Below are positions 46,600 through 59,427 of a stretch of 64,000 bases of DNA, piece by piece. A model generated the notes under the pieces. The model was not told where the DNA came from, ran no database searches, and was given only the letters and a program-made list of their open reading frames with translations. Positions within the stretch are counted from its first letter, which is position 1; the number at the start of each line of letters is the position of its first letter. The translations under genes were made by a program, and so were the position numbers. The stretch covers positions 7,192,001 through 7,256,000 of the forward strand of contig CM119384.1 of assembly GCA_051294905.1 (NCBI GenBank), written 5' to 3'. The stretch comes from Botryllus schlosseri. Lineage: Eukaryota.

Positions 46600-47170
46600 C
46601 TCTGGATGAGATGCGTTTCAATGAGCTGTTTCGACATCCTTCCGCCGTATCGTAATCTTGTTTTGGTTGAAGAAAGAAAAGTAGCGGATGTACTATCGAG
46701 CCCTTTGGGCGATCGTAGGTGGTAACCGGGACGGTATATTTGGTGGCACCGAGACTTCTAAGGTGTTATGACGATGTGGACACATGGCGTAGTCGAATCA
46801 AAGTAGAAAATGCGTTGCTCCGATGATATTCGTAATTTATGTATCCGACATTCGCTAAGTGCTATATGAAGCTGCCTATATGCATTAAACAGTCTTCATA
46901 ATTCGTGTGGTATATAGCTTCGCGATGATCAGCCTCTTGCGCCTGATCTGCTATGGGTGTGTCCTAATCCTGCATGTCGCAATGCTGTGTGTTGTAGTTG
47001 CACGATATCCTTTGTAAGAGGCTAGCGGAGAGGTCCCATATTGATCTCGGCCTTGATGTCTTTCATACAATCGTGGTGCGAAACCCTTCCGATTGATTTC
47101 CAGGTAGTTATCAGTTCACAGTCGTCCAGGGCCCATTCCATCCATTTTTCGTTTGTATTGTCATTCTTGC
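46600..47170 (-). mobile_element. Possible decayed CR1/L2-type LINE 3' remnant
   Basis: Broken minus frames show IVQLQHTALR, RRKRL..KLY and YFSFF, reminiscent of LINE ORF2 C-termini. Weak evidence. Confidence 0.25.
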
Positions 47171-47316
47171 ATTATCTTGGTGTGATAAAAACGGCAATAA
47201 AATGATACCGATCGGCTTCGGTTACTACGAGATGCGTGAACAAACATTTGTAAACTATGAACAATGATATGTATCATGTATTGTTACGAACGAACAATCT
47301 CACTTCGATAACAGAC

Positions 47317-48807
47317 TAGTGATGAGCGTCGGAGTGGATTCGGAGCGGAGTTTGCCGATTTTAGGACAGTCGGAGCGGAGTCGGAGTTCACTACAGATAT
47401 TTTTTCGGAGAATTTCGGAGTATTGTAACTTTTGTCTCCGATATCTTTGGATAGCTCTGACCCGAATACACTATTGATTATGATTACAAACCAAAACACA
47501 GACAGTTGACACCTTGTAAAGTTGTAATATGACGGGTAGCATGCAAAAATGATAGCCACGTGCATAAAAATCAGCCATCTGCATTGCTTTGGGGACTGGA
47601 GAGTAGACAATACTATGAGGCCAACCCTATTGTCACATTAATTTATTCAAACACATTACCAAGTGTACCATGCTTCCCACTGTTTCGGATACTTGACGAG
47701 ATTCATCGGAGTATCTCGGAGTCTGGGATTGAACTCTTCGGAGTCGGAGGGACTTTTCCTTAGACACTAAAGTTGTCGGAGGGATTCGGAGTCTCGAAAA
47801 GCACTATCCGCTAGGGATGGTGTGAACCTCTGAAAGGTTCGGGTTCGCGTGAACGCGAACCTTTTTGAAAGGTTCTGTGTGAACACGAACGTGAACCTCG
47901 TGACGTCATATTGCTAATTCCAACCCTATCTTTCAATGAAGTGATAGCCTAATGTACACGATACCTAGCGAAGACTCGGGCCACATAATGTCACATTGCT
48001 GAAGTACATATTGGCGTTTTAAACGTCGCTAAATGTATCAACCACGGTTATCAAAGGATATAATAATCTCATAAAATCAACACATTCCGTCGCTTTGCCA
48101 ACAATTTCGACGAGGACTTACCAGGGAATATAACCTTACGCCTTAACGGTCTTGGCCAGACCGGACAATGTGTTCGGAGTCTGAGTATTGCTACATTGAT
48201 ATTGAGCAGAGTGTAAAACGGATTTCTATACTCGCTACCGATACCATAAACAACAAGTTATGTAGCAGTAGCCAGCACCTTAATCGCACGGATTTGGTCT
48301 TAATGATACAGTAAAGATATGAAGTCAAGATTGACCCCGTACGCCCGCTCGATTTTTTACATCAGAAAACGATGTCAATGTGATTGATTGGTTGAATAAG
48401 CATCATTCGCTGACTACGTATATCGCTCGTGATGTTGTGTGATTGTGGGTCAAGCGCACAGCAGAGAGTCACTAAATATTCACAAACGGAAAGCTGGATA
48501 TTTCGAGATATTTTTTGTAACAAAAAGGCAAGTAAAACTTTTAAGGTTGTCAAGGTGCATGCTCGTTTAGCGTTGATTTTTTTTATGCTGCCAGCGCCAT
48601 GCATAGAGTGACCCGCAGTTGAAATGCAATTAATTTGAAACAAAGATATTATAATGAAGTGCAAATTACAATTTTTTAGAAAGGTTCACAGTGCAGAACC
48701 TACCAAGGTGCTGTTGTGAACGCGAACCTCTAAATTTCCGAGGTTCACACACAGAACGCGAACGTGAACCTCACGTTCACACCATCCCTACTATCCGCTC
48801 ATCACTG
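47317..48807. mobile_element. hAT-type MITE (TCGGAG-rich) interrupted at its right TIR
   Basis: TIR TAGTGATGAGCG / CGCTCATCACTG; TSD TAACAGAC / TAACACAC. Confidence 0.8.
47812..48790. mobile_element. hAT-type MITE (GTGAAC family) nested in the previous element
   Basis: TIR TAGGGATGGTGTGAAC at both ends; perfect 8-bp TSD CTATCCGC. Confidence 0.9.
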
Positions 48808-49607
48808 TAACACACCTTGGTGCGACATCTACTGGATACTTGGATGCAATGAGTAATGTTGATTTTGTGCTGGCAGCCAACATCGCGACTTTTTCTGGAA
48901 GGCATAGTGTTAATCCTTATTTGGCCGTGTGTGCCGGAAGAAAGCCTGCCAATTAAATTACCGAGAAGCAGTGCGTCGCTGTGAATGAACTCCTCCAACG
49001 CCAAGCATATAGCTGTCAACCAGGTAAGGTCTTACATTTCGTATATTCAAGTTACGTTCTAAATATTGAAAATAAATATTTGTCATAGCCTCATCCAATT
49101 TTCGACGTAGTTATTCAAATCTCATTTTATAGCCGTTGATCGTTATTAACTACCAAAACCAAGACTTTTCAAACTTGAGTTGGCATGGGTCATGTCGGGT
49201 AGGACAAAATGGTATGCGAAGTTCCACCATGACTGCTGACTTTAGTGTTTAGACTTACCAAGTCCTTGTGTGTTTGTGTTAGCAAACTTCTACCATATAG
49301 CTGTGTAAATGGCAAATATTTGATAAAATCATTGAATAATATGATCATGTTTATGACTTTCAACCACTAAACTGTTGTTTTGAATGTAAATTTTACGCGA
49401 GAGCATGATGCGATGTCCGATAACTGAACTAAATATAGTACTTGTGCGCGAGTGGTAGGCCTACCTAATGTGAGTAATAACACCACATGCGTCGATCATG
49501 TTATCTGTTAGGATACAGCAGCGTTGGTCAACCGGTGGCATGCGCAGAAGTGGCTATTTTTAATCACGTGCAGCTTATGAAATGGATTTTTTACATATGC
49601 CTTATGA

Positions 49608-49659
49608 GAGTCTAATAGGTTTGAATCAAGCTCGAGTCTAATAGGTTTGAATCAAGCTC
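49608..49659. repeat. Perfect 26-bp tandem duplication
   Basis: GAGTCTAATAGGTTTGAATCAAGCTC x2. Confidence 0.85.
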
Positions 49660-52600
49660 AAGTGAACTAAGAGGGTACGAAGAAAAACCTAAAACTTGCT
49701 AAAAATATGCATCTGATACTTTGTGCATAAAGACTTCTGACAAAATAGATTATAATATCCCGAAAATTAGTTTGACACTTCACGGAATTTTCGTCGGTCG
49801 TTACAAATTGTTATAGCCTACTTATAATAGATAATTGAATTTTAGAGATGAATCTCATCATCTCCTCTGCCAATTTTTGATGAGATTATTGGCCTTGCAA
49901 CTACGATGAAGCATATGTACTTCGACATTTTCACCGCCATTTTAAATCTTTCCCACTTATCAAAAATGTTGAACACCCATCTGGCAGCTGTGTGTTTCCA
50001 GTACTAGGTCAGCCAGTTTCTAATTCGGCCTGTATATTCAAATCAACTGTTCAACAATAGTGAGTGATCTATGTCATGATGTCGGTCGTCAACAAATTGG
50101 GTGTAGCCAGGAGACTCATAGCACCTTGTTATGTCACAACTCATCAGTGATTATGTCCAATTCTTCAAACCTATGGATTGAATTCCCGGCACCGTGATCA
50201 GGTCATGTTATGTATAGTAAATAGTATGCCTAGCTACGAATTAACTAGTAAGAATTTGTTTGTATCTTTATGTAAGGCATAATGGAAGTTGAGTTTTTTC
50301 AATTTGATCAGATTCGGATGTGCTGATTTTGCTTTTCAGTCATTGGTATTCAGCTGAGACTAGCTAGAACTATTATAGCTTGTGTACAGGTGGGAGAAAG
50401 AGTTCATTGAACCATGAAAATATGCGATGAGTCGATAGTCCGCAATCCGAGCATGAATATGAAAATTACATTGAAAGTCAGCCAGCTTGAAACATCCCAT
50501 TGATTTCAAACTGACAGGCAGAAGTTCGCTATGATTGTCACGGCATGCTGGTTATTGTCCCTCTTATTTTCTTTCAAATGTTGCATCATTTCTCAGGTTA
50601 TAACGAAATAAACTTGGTTGATGATCCATTGGTACTATATGTTGTTATATGTGTGTTTCATTGCAACTATCTCGTTGTTACTATGTCCTACTGAAACAAA
50701 AGAAACCTGTGCAGTGACGTGGGCATCAATTCTTTGGTGTCCATAGAGAAAATTTGATGTTTTTAGAATTTCCTTAAAGGTTTGCCATTGCTCAGTTATG
50801 CTAAACATTCCTTAAACATCTAATCTCCTCGGCCAGATTGCAGTGTTTGAAGTCGTTTGAATTAATTTTTACGGGAATACAACTTTCCAAATAGTTGTTA
50901 AAATTCTTCAAATTCCAACTAGGATGGTGTGTGCTCTTTTATGTTGACATTTTATACCTGAGATTTTATAGCCTAACCTCACTCCTCGGATAATGACTGG
51001 ATTTGTATGCTTTTGACATCAAAGAAACTAATGCATATATTCGTGGACTAAATTGTAACTACTTCCAGACACTGTCACAGCTCTGGCTACTCTAGCTACA
51101 TTTGATTGCATTATTGAAATATCGGAATGGAAGGAGCCACATAATTCCGTTTTTATCACTGCAACTTTGAGTCAGAAGTTTACCTTGGACTTCTTCCTCA
51201 TCAATTATATATGGGTCTCAAGACGCATAGACAGTTTCGCGCACGAATCTCACTCGATAGAATGCGTTGTTGTATCTCGCTGGTAACGTTTCGGCCGACC
51301 CTGAACTATGGCGATTAGAGTCCTGCGTCCTTTCTGTGTCTGTCATATGATACATACGGCAATGAACAAGTATGTTTAAATACAGTTCGCTTAATTACAA
51401 GTTGTTAATCATTGACCTGTAGCGTCGTCGGTATGGAATCATCCAGTTACTTGGACTGGCAATGTCACCGTGTAATATTACTTGAGGGAAAAGCAAACTC
51501 TAATCGAAACCGAAGAGAAAGATCGCATGCCGCAAACACTCCATATACTTTATCCGTTTTCCCTATCCCCATTTACTTGGCACTTGAAAGCAATTGCTCG
51601 GTAAGCCGCGATGCTCGAGTTATATATAGAGAGCAGATGTAAAGAAAAGCGCAGCATTTACGATAGATAGTAATGACGCCGGCCAGTGTCGGTTAACGGC
51701 GTTGAGCTTCATTTTGCGGCCGTGATTGACATCGGTATTTTGACAACGATTCCCGTGAAAGGAATGTGCGAAACTCTCGTCGACTTGAAAATCAGCGATC
51801 CGGAAATATACGATCACTATATTTGCTCGGCTGTTTCACGGGATAGGCGAAATACCGTAGGTGTGGTTGCTCGACACTTGTTCGGAAGAGATTAGAACGC
51901 GTCGACCGTATTCAGCGGAACATTGTAAGAGTTGTGCACTTATCTGAGATTTGCCGAGATAGCGACTCCCCGATTATCTTACTTAAACGAGGCAAGACCG
52001 CGAAGTGTTGCGAACGATAATGACGACAAGGAATGGTAATGCCAGGAACATGACTCTTGAAATGAACGAGTCGAATCTGTTTCAGAGGAGAAAGGAGTCG
52101 CCTAGAGACCCCGTCGGCGAGAGGTAAGGTTTGGAATGCATCTGGAGGGAGGGAGATTAGCGAGGCATTATCCGTCAGGCCGTCACTGAAACATTGATAT
52201 CGTACGTGCGTAGTATGCCCGTGGTAGTGTAGCGGCTCGATGAAAAATAAGCCTAAATGGTTGTGAATGCCGTTTTCCTGAATTTATCGGTTTGTGGTAA
52301 TTAAAATGAAGTTGAAATCTTGAGCTGCCGACTGATAACTTGGCTCACTTCAGCCCAAGCTTAGCAGGCTATCGGTCGGCAGCGTCCAAGTATCGTAAAA
52401 TATGTCGGCATGGTTTGGCCATTAATCTCGAAGTACTATGAATAGCGACAACGACAAGTCTAAAATCTTTTATCGCCGTGGTTCGACGCGTTTCTAAGAA
52501 TTGATTGAGTTCTGATGTGCGCTTACAAGACGAAATTCGGGCTTATCTGATTCATCGCGAGGCGACGGTACGTCTCAGGCTTCTTGTGTTTAGAATACGT

Positions 52601-54016
52601 TGACGGATACGTTGCATCATTACAACTGCGCCTTCCGCTGATAACGCCTTTGGTGTGATTTAGCGATTCGTCGACAGCGGTATTAACAGATCGATTTACA
52701 TGAATTAAATCGCATGTTACCCGATACTTGTAACGTATCTCGGCGGCCGGCCGGAAAGTGCAATTAGATCATGTCTTCTAGCCACATTGTTTCGATTGAC
52801 GCGATTTGACGAAGTTTGTCTAGTGCGATGCCTGGTACTGACCTGTGAAAGTGATCAATTGCGTTGTCGCTTTTAGGCTGTCGTGAACTAGCATTTCGTG
52901 TGACTTTTTTGATCTGTGATGTAGCTTGTGTTTCTGCAGTCGCAATCCTATCCATAAAAGCAGTGCGACTTTTACTTGAATCGTGGTATGATGTTGTCTA
53001 TGATAATCGTAAATTATTTAATAATAGAGTATATAGTGGCTTAAGTGGTATTGTTTTCTTCACATCACGAACAGCTGTAGCTGTGACTAATTCCGATTAA
53101 TTTACTGACTTGATGCTATTACTGAGGAACATTTTTTTCAATCGAGCTTTGAATCAGAGATGTTCTCTGAGCATGTGGATGAACAATGAACACGGAATTA
53201 ACGAATATAGTGGTATTTGATTGATTGTTATTCTGTAAGATAAGCCAGTTGTTTCAAGTCGTTTATGGTACATATGTTGTATACATTGATTTTGTCACAT
53301 GATTGTCAGTGTAATTGCATCAGTGGACTGTTGATATATGCTATCTGTAATTACCCTAATTTGTTTTGAGATTGTTGCCCTATAAAATATGATAACAGGA
53401 CATGTAAGGTGTAACAATAATCCTATATCTTGACCTGATTCAAGTGACCAATTACATCTGAATTGAAAATTCATCTGTCTTATTTATGTCTTGTCAATTA
53501 CACGCCCTAATCTGTTTTGTGACAGTATTATGATATTTTGAGGACTCTTAGTTGGTCTGAATCTGAACTAAAATTCTAACCGCACAATACTGTTAACAAA
53601 CGTTACCCTAATCAGCATTGGTTGCGTGTGTCTTGAGAATGCTGAATTATTTGTAGATCACTATGTAAACTACCATTGAAAGCCTACCATATGTTGAGAC
53701 CATTAGATTTGTCTGGTGTACGCTCAACACCAAATTAATGATGCAGAAGGCAAAGTCATATCTGATATAGCGGGAAGTAGATTATAACAAAATCATCTAA
53801 AGGTACATGAAAATGACTTTTTAATCAATGGAGATCCGAGTAGCGTTTCTAATTAATTATTAAATGTGAAATATGTGAAGTTCATGTCAGGATAGCCCTT
53901 AATCGGGATAATGGTCTTGTATTTTCTATGCTGGCGTTGTATTTGAAGGATTTCTTTATCTAAATAATTTATGCCATCTCGAAAGTCACGTTGCCAATAT
54001 TCTTTATTTTAGCACA

Positions 54017-56256
54017 ATGATGTCAATGCAACTTTCCAACTCCGTCTGCATCCGATGCCAAAGAGGCTTTTCGGAACAAGAGCAAATGGTTAATTCGAAC
54101 GGTGAAATATTCCATGAAGAATGCTTTGTGTGTGCTCAGTGTTTTGAAAAGTTTCCAGAAGGATTATTTTTTGAAGTGAGTGTGACATTTCATTTTAAAT
54201 CTTATAATATTTGCACTTTATTCAAAATTACTTCTCTATTGACAGTATGATGGAGTTAAATATTGTGAACACGATTTCCATATGCTCTTCGCACCCTGCT
54301 GTGGGAAATGCGGTGAGTTGCATCTAATTTTCTTTGGCTCTCTTCGAGCCCCATCAACATTTTGCTGGTATACAGTAAATAGGCTAACAACTTGTATATA
54401 TATGGTCTGTTATGTAGTCCAATTTGACTCTGTATAGGAAATTGAATGAGACTGCACTCTTTTTGCCCTTGCTGTGAACTGTTGAATAGCTACGTTAATG
54501 TTATTTCAGAGGAGTTCATCATCGGAAGAGTTATTAAAGCCATGAACAACAACTGGCATCCGGCCTGCTTCACATGTCAAATTTGCGACGCCCCGTTGGC
54601 TGACATTGGCTTTGTCAAGAATCAAGGGAGAAGTCTCTGTAGACCTTGTCACAACCGGCAAAAAGCGCTTGGATTGGGAAAATATGTGTGTCAGAAATGC
54701 CAGTGAGTCCTCTTTCCCTTCAAAAGATGTCACGCTGTTTGTGTTGAAAGGCATTACAATATCAAAGTGGCATGTAATTGGATACGTCCTGACTTTTTGT
54801 AATTTTTTGACAATTGACCATTAGCGACACCGATCAGCTTACATGGTCTTGTTGTTCCATTGTTTTCAAATGAATACCACACCGTTTTCAGAGCGATTAT
54901 CGAGGAAGAGCCGCTGCGGTTCAAAGGTGAACCTTATCACGCTTTCCATTTCAACTGCAACAATTGCGGGTATGTAGATTATTGTCGATTCTGAAAAGTG
55001 CACCCGACCCCATGCGGCTGCGTTGCAGGAGAGAGCTGACGCCCGAAGCTCGGGAACTTAGAGGCGAACTGTTCTGTTTGCCTTGCCATGACAAACAAGG
55101 CATTCCGATTTGCGGCGCATGTCGGAGACCGATTGAGGAGCGAGTTGTCACTGCGATGGGAAAACACTGGTATGTCTGATGTCGATATTCCTTGTAGCCA
55201 CAAACAATTGTTTAAGAAAGCTGGTGTTTATTGGAAGAAAATGATCTGTTCTGGTATAACATCCTTCTTAAGATCTGGATCTTTTTTGTGTGATAAAACA
55301 GCACTAAAGCTACCGCTGACACTTGATTTTTCTACGATTACAGGCATGTCGAACACTTCGTCTGTGCACAATGCGAGAAGCCGTTTTTGGGGCAAAAGCA
55401 TTACGAGCGAAATGGATTGGCGTATTGCGAGACTCATTTCAATCAACTGTTTGGCGACATTTGCTATCACTGCAACGGTGTCATCGATGGAGACGGTAAG
55501 GCGATGATGTAAAATGTTGGACCGCGTTTTGGTTTTGTGTCTACTGGCACGGAAAAAGTGTGCATACTGTATAACATATCCTATTCTGTGCCTTAATGCA
55601 TAACTTACAAGACATCTCTATCAAATAGGCGGTGTAATTTTAGGCTGTTTAAACTCCCTCCATCCTTGTGCCAATCGATCTCGTTACCTTTAAACTTCTT
55701 TCTAGTTGTTGCTGCTCTCAACAAGTCCTGGTGTGTACATCACTTCCAATGCACCTGCTGCAATACCAAGCTCACACTCAAGTAAGTACTTGAAATCTTT
55801 CAATTGCGTATCCCGAGTCATTATGTTCAACTCGCATGATGCTGATGTAATAATTATCATTGACATTGCGACTATAGAAAATGAAGGAAAGATGTCAAAA
55901 CTTTCTAATTATATTAATCGAAGTAATGAACCCACTTCGTGAATGTGATTTGACGTTATCTACGCAATTTGGGGAGGAATTTCATTTTGTTGATATAAAA
56001 GAATTATTGACTTAGCCCATGCTGGTTGTGATTAGAACAAAAAGGACAAGGGCATACGATATCTTTTTCTGTATGACATTACTACGTTCGTCGCAGCTAA
56101 GCTTATATCGTGCTACTTCATTCCTCTTTTTTTTTTTTATTCAGAAACAAATTTGTAGAGTTCGACATGAAACCTGTCTGCAAAAAGTGTTACGAAAAAT
56201 TCCCGTTGGAGCTTAAAAAGAGACTGAAGAAGGCAGCAGAAACTGACAGAAAATGA
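54017..56256 (+). CDS. LIMS1: PINCH, five-LIM-domain adaptor, 8 coding exons
   Basis: CIRCQRGF...[68 protein letters not shown] and [28 protein letters not shown]; splice phases are consistent. Confidence 0.97.
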
Positions 56257-56524
56257 GTTCATTTACGTCTAGAGTGCACGAATTCCTGCCTGTTATTTCA
56301 TTTTTGTATACTACTCTGCAATCACGTCTGATGAAATTGCTATCCTACTTATTCAGTGGCAAATACTAATAGTGATACTCCAAAATTTTTAATAAACATA
56401 ACACATTTCTTGCTTTGTGAATTGGTATTGAGGGTGTAGGTAGCCAGCTGTTATCAGAAATTGCTATTTGTGAAGTTAGACCGTTTTAGAGGTCCCTTGC
56501 TATATATTGTAGATCCATGTAGTG

Positions 56525-57118
56525 CAGTTTTCGCCAACTCAAAACGGGTCGCGGGCCAATTTACAGATTTCGTAGAGGCCGCAAGAATGCATTATTGAGA
56601 CAGAATCGGCCACGCATTTACAACGCTGCGCTCTCTAACATGGACGACGGGCATGGTTAGTAGGCTAGTTACCAAAATAGAAAGAAGAAATGCAATGATC
56701 GTGAATTTTATTGTGAACTATGAGCTGCGCACAATAGCTGACAACGCTTTTCGGCGACTGGGGCTAAACGAGGCACGGTGTTAGCTGAAAGACCATCTCC
56801 TGAAGCTTGATATTGTGTGAAGCACTAAGCCATTTTACAAGCGTCTCGGTCTTGGCAGTGTCTGGTCCACATTATACGTCAATGAAATTCGCCCATACAA
56901 CTCGGCCGATTCTCCCGCAACGGAACGCTGTTGCCCTCGCCGTGAGGAATAGTGATGTTGGGAACAGGCGAGTAGCTCATTTTCATACAACTACGGTATT
57001 TTGAAACTGAAATCAATTTCAGCATTTCAAAATGCTTTACTCGGCGTTCTTCCGAAGTCTCAAATCATATCGCGGGTGGCTAAAAATGACCTCGCGGGCC
57101 GCGTGTTGGTGACCCATG
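56525..57118. mobile_element. hAT-type MITE
   Basis: Imperfect TIRs with GCGGGCC subterminal motifs; TSD ATGTAGTG / ATGTAGAG. Confidence 0.6.
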
Positions 57119-58090
57119 ATGTAGAGGGCATTTGATCAAGATCGCCAATTTTCTATATGCATGCTGCTCGAGATTTGTATCCAAGTACATGACTGTTTAG
57201 TTCAATATATCAGGGGCGTTGCGCGTTCTCTGAGTCAGCCACCTATGCAGTCGTTCATTAAAATTTCTACTTCGCTCTGTCTTTTAATCGCCTGAGTCAC
57301 TCGTGCATCCGTGAGAGTCGGAGAACCCTTTTCAAAATCTGAAAACTATGTGTTGAATGTTGCTTGCTATTGCGCATTAATCAGTCCAACATAAGGAGGC
57401 AAATATGGCATATTCAGGCTACCTTGGAGCGTCAAAAAATCTTGGGTGTTTAAATTACACGCAAAATGATTCTAGCCTTGAGAAATGACAGAAAACGTCA
57501 CTTTATTTTGCTAATTTCGGGAACAGTTACGTTCCAGCTGTTGCCGTGACCGTATGGCTTATTTCATGCGCGCCGGATCGTGCGACTCGATATCATTTGC
57601 CAAGAAATCTCTGAAACATTATCGGGAGCCTTTTAGTTCATACCAGCTATTTCGATGAATCGAGTCTATGCGGAAATTTCAGTTACACAATCACATTCGA
57701 TAGTTTCACCAATGGCCTCCACAGCATCCAGAAATGCAACAGCTAAAAATACTATAATGCTACATCAATATCTATATAGAGAGTAGGCACATTACAGCTC
57801 GCTACCGTATGATACTTTCTGTCTCACGAGTAAATGAGAAGAGCAAAGAAAGTCACGATACCGTGTGATTGGCTCTTCAACTCAATGTAACTTGAAAGTT
57901 CATCACAGTTCAATAACCTTAAAACTGTGGCAAATCCGCGACCAAATTATGTGTTGTAAGTGACATCCCGCGATCCAACCTCGCACATCAAAACGAACGC
58001 ATTTTTTATACGAGTTTGAGTTGTACGCTGCGATTTTACGCGCATGTATGACATAAAGAACGCGCACACACACTCAACAACGCAACAACA

Positions 58091-58167
58091 CATTTCATTG
58101 TATCGCAATTTTTGTGATGTATTGAACTGATAAAAATTACTAATAAACCGAACCGAACTGAACTGAA
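58091..58167 (+). repeat. 3' end of the SINE-like family with a (GAACC/GAACT)n tail
   Basis: Matches the family 3' end up to TAATAAACC, then continues with a different tail unit. Confidence 0.65.
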
Positions 58168-58714
58168 CAACAGCAACGGACACGCAACATAGCCCTACGA
58201 AACTTGTCCGACGAAATCGATTTCAAATTGGATTGCATGTTTTATTCCTCCGCTCGTCGATTTGTACTACCTATGTCGATGTCCACTCAGATTGACTATT
58301 TGGTGCCGACTGCCAACCATTTCGACAACGGAGCATACCAAACCAATAGAAAGTTTTGGCCGACCATGCAGCGACAGTCGACAGTCATATTTGGTCAAGG
58401 TTCTTTTTGCACCGAACTTATTGGCCAAAACTTTACGACTATTTGTGTCCCTACGCAGAAGGGGTTGACCTTGATATGAATGCGTCTCATAGGCCCGCAC
58501 TCGCTTGTCACACACCCCTGCACTGAAGCATACCAACGGTCTTCGACGGTGTTTCCCAGAGAAACCAGTCAAACAAATCTTATCATAAATTCGAACCAAT
58601 TTGTGTATTACAAAGGTCGGTACATTTTCATGATCAAGCCGTATTTTCTGTGTGTCTCGTTTATTGGCTCCAAAACAGCGACATTGGATATCATCTCCCT
58701 TTCATTCAGTGTGC

Positions 58715-58870
58715 TGTGCAACTGTGCAAGTGTGCATGCCTCCTTTTTCACATCGCCTAGGCAAAGTGGGCGTCTGATTTCAAAGACTGCTCCAAGTCGT
58801 TTCGAAACCTTCTTATCTTTTCATCATAGCCTTTATAAAGGCTATGTTTTCATTGTGGCGTATTGAAATG
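58715..58870 (+). repeat. SINE-like family copy containing the 22-bp palindrome (58825-58846)
   Basis: Matches the family body; CATAGCCTTTATAAAGGCTATG is flanked by TTTTCAT on both sides. Confidence 0.7.
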
Positions 58871-59427
58871 ATGAAATTGTGGAATTAAATTATCACATGC
58901 TCCACTGCCAGAGTTTTGTTGTCGAGTTTGTGATTTTCTTCATTTGCATTGTAATTAAAACTCACTTCTGGTAACAACCATCCGAAAACATTCGTAACAA
59001 AATCTGAAATCCGTATGCAATCTGACTCCCATAAAATTGTGCAAAATCCGGTTCGATTGCTATCCGAATCCGAATGATGCTCATGCTCATGAAGAAAGCT
59101 CGAGGAAAGAATCAAGACACCAGAAAGTGTACTGTTGAACGGGACTGATGTGCACACGTGTTTCACATGATGGATGCGAAATTGGCAAAGTTTTTGGTAG
59201 GAAAGGGCATTGACAGCCGTCACGTAGAAGTGTTGGAAGGTATGTAAATCTTGGATATAAGACAATATATAATCGTACAATCAGGTCGTACGCACTTCAC
59301 CCTGCAAGTAACGATAATTTTTTTGCCAGCGGTATTTGTCTTTCATCGTCCTGCATGTCTCTGCAATGTTGTGATGATTTTAAATGACTAACAAATTTAA
59401 CGCTCTAGATTAAATCTCAAAATATAT

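Noticed and set aside
620-49470. Scattered TAGGCCTA palindromes as transposon scars
   Set aside because: Only a handful of short occurrences; cannot be distinguished from background without genome-wide counts.
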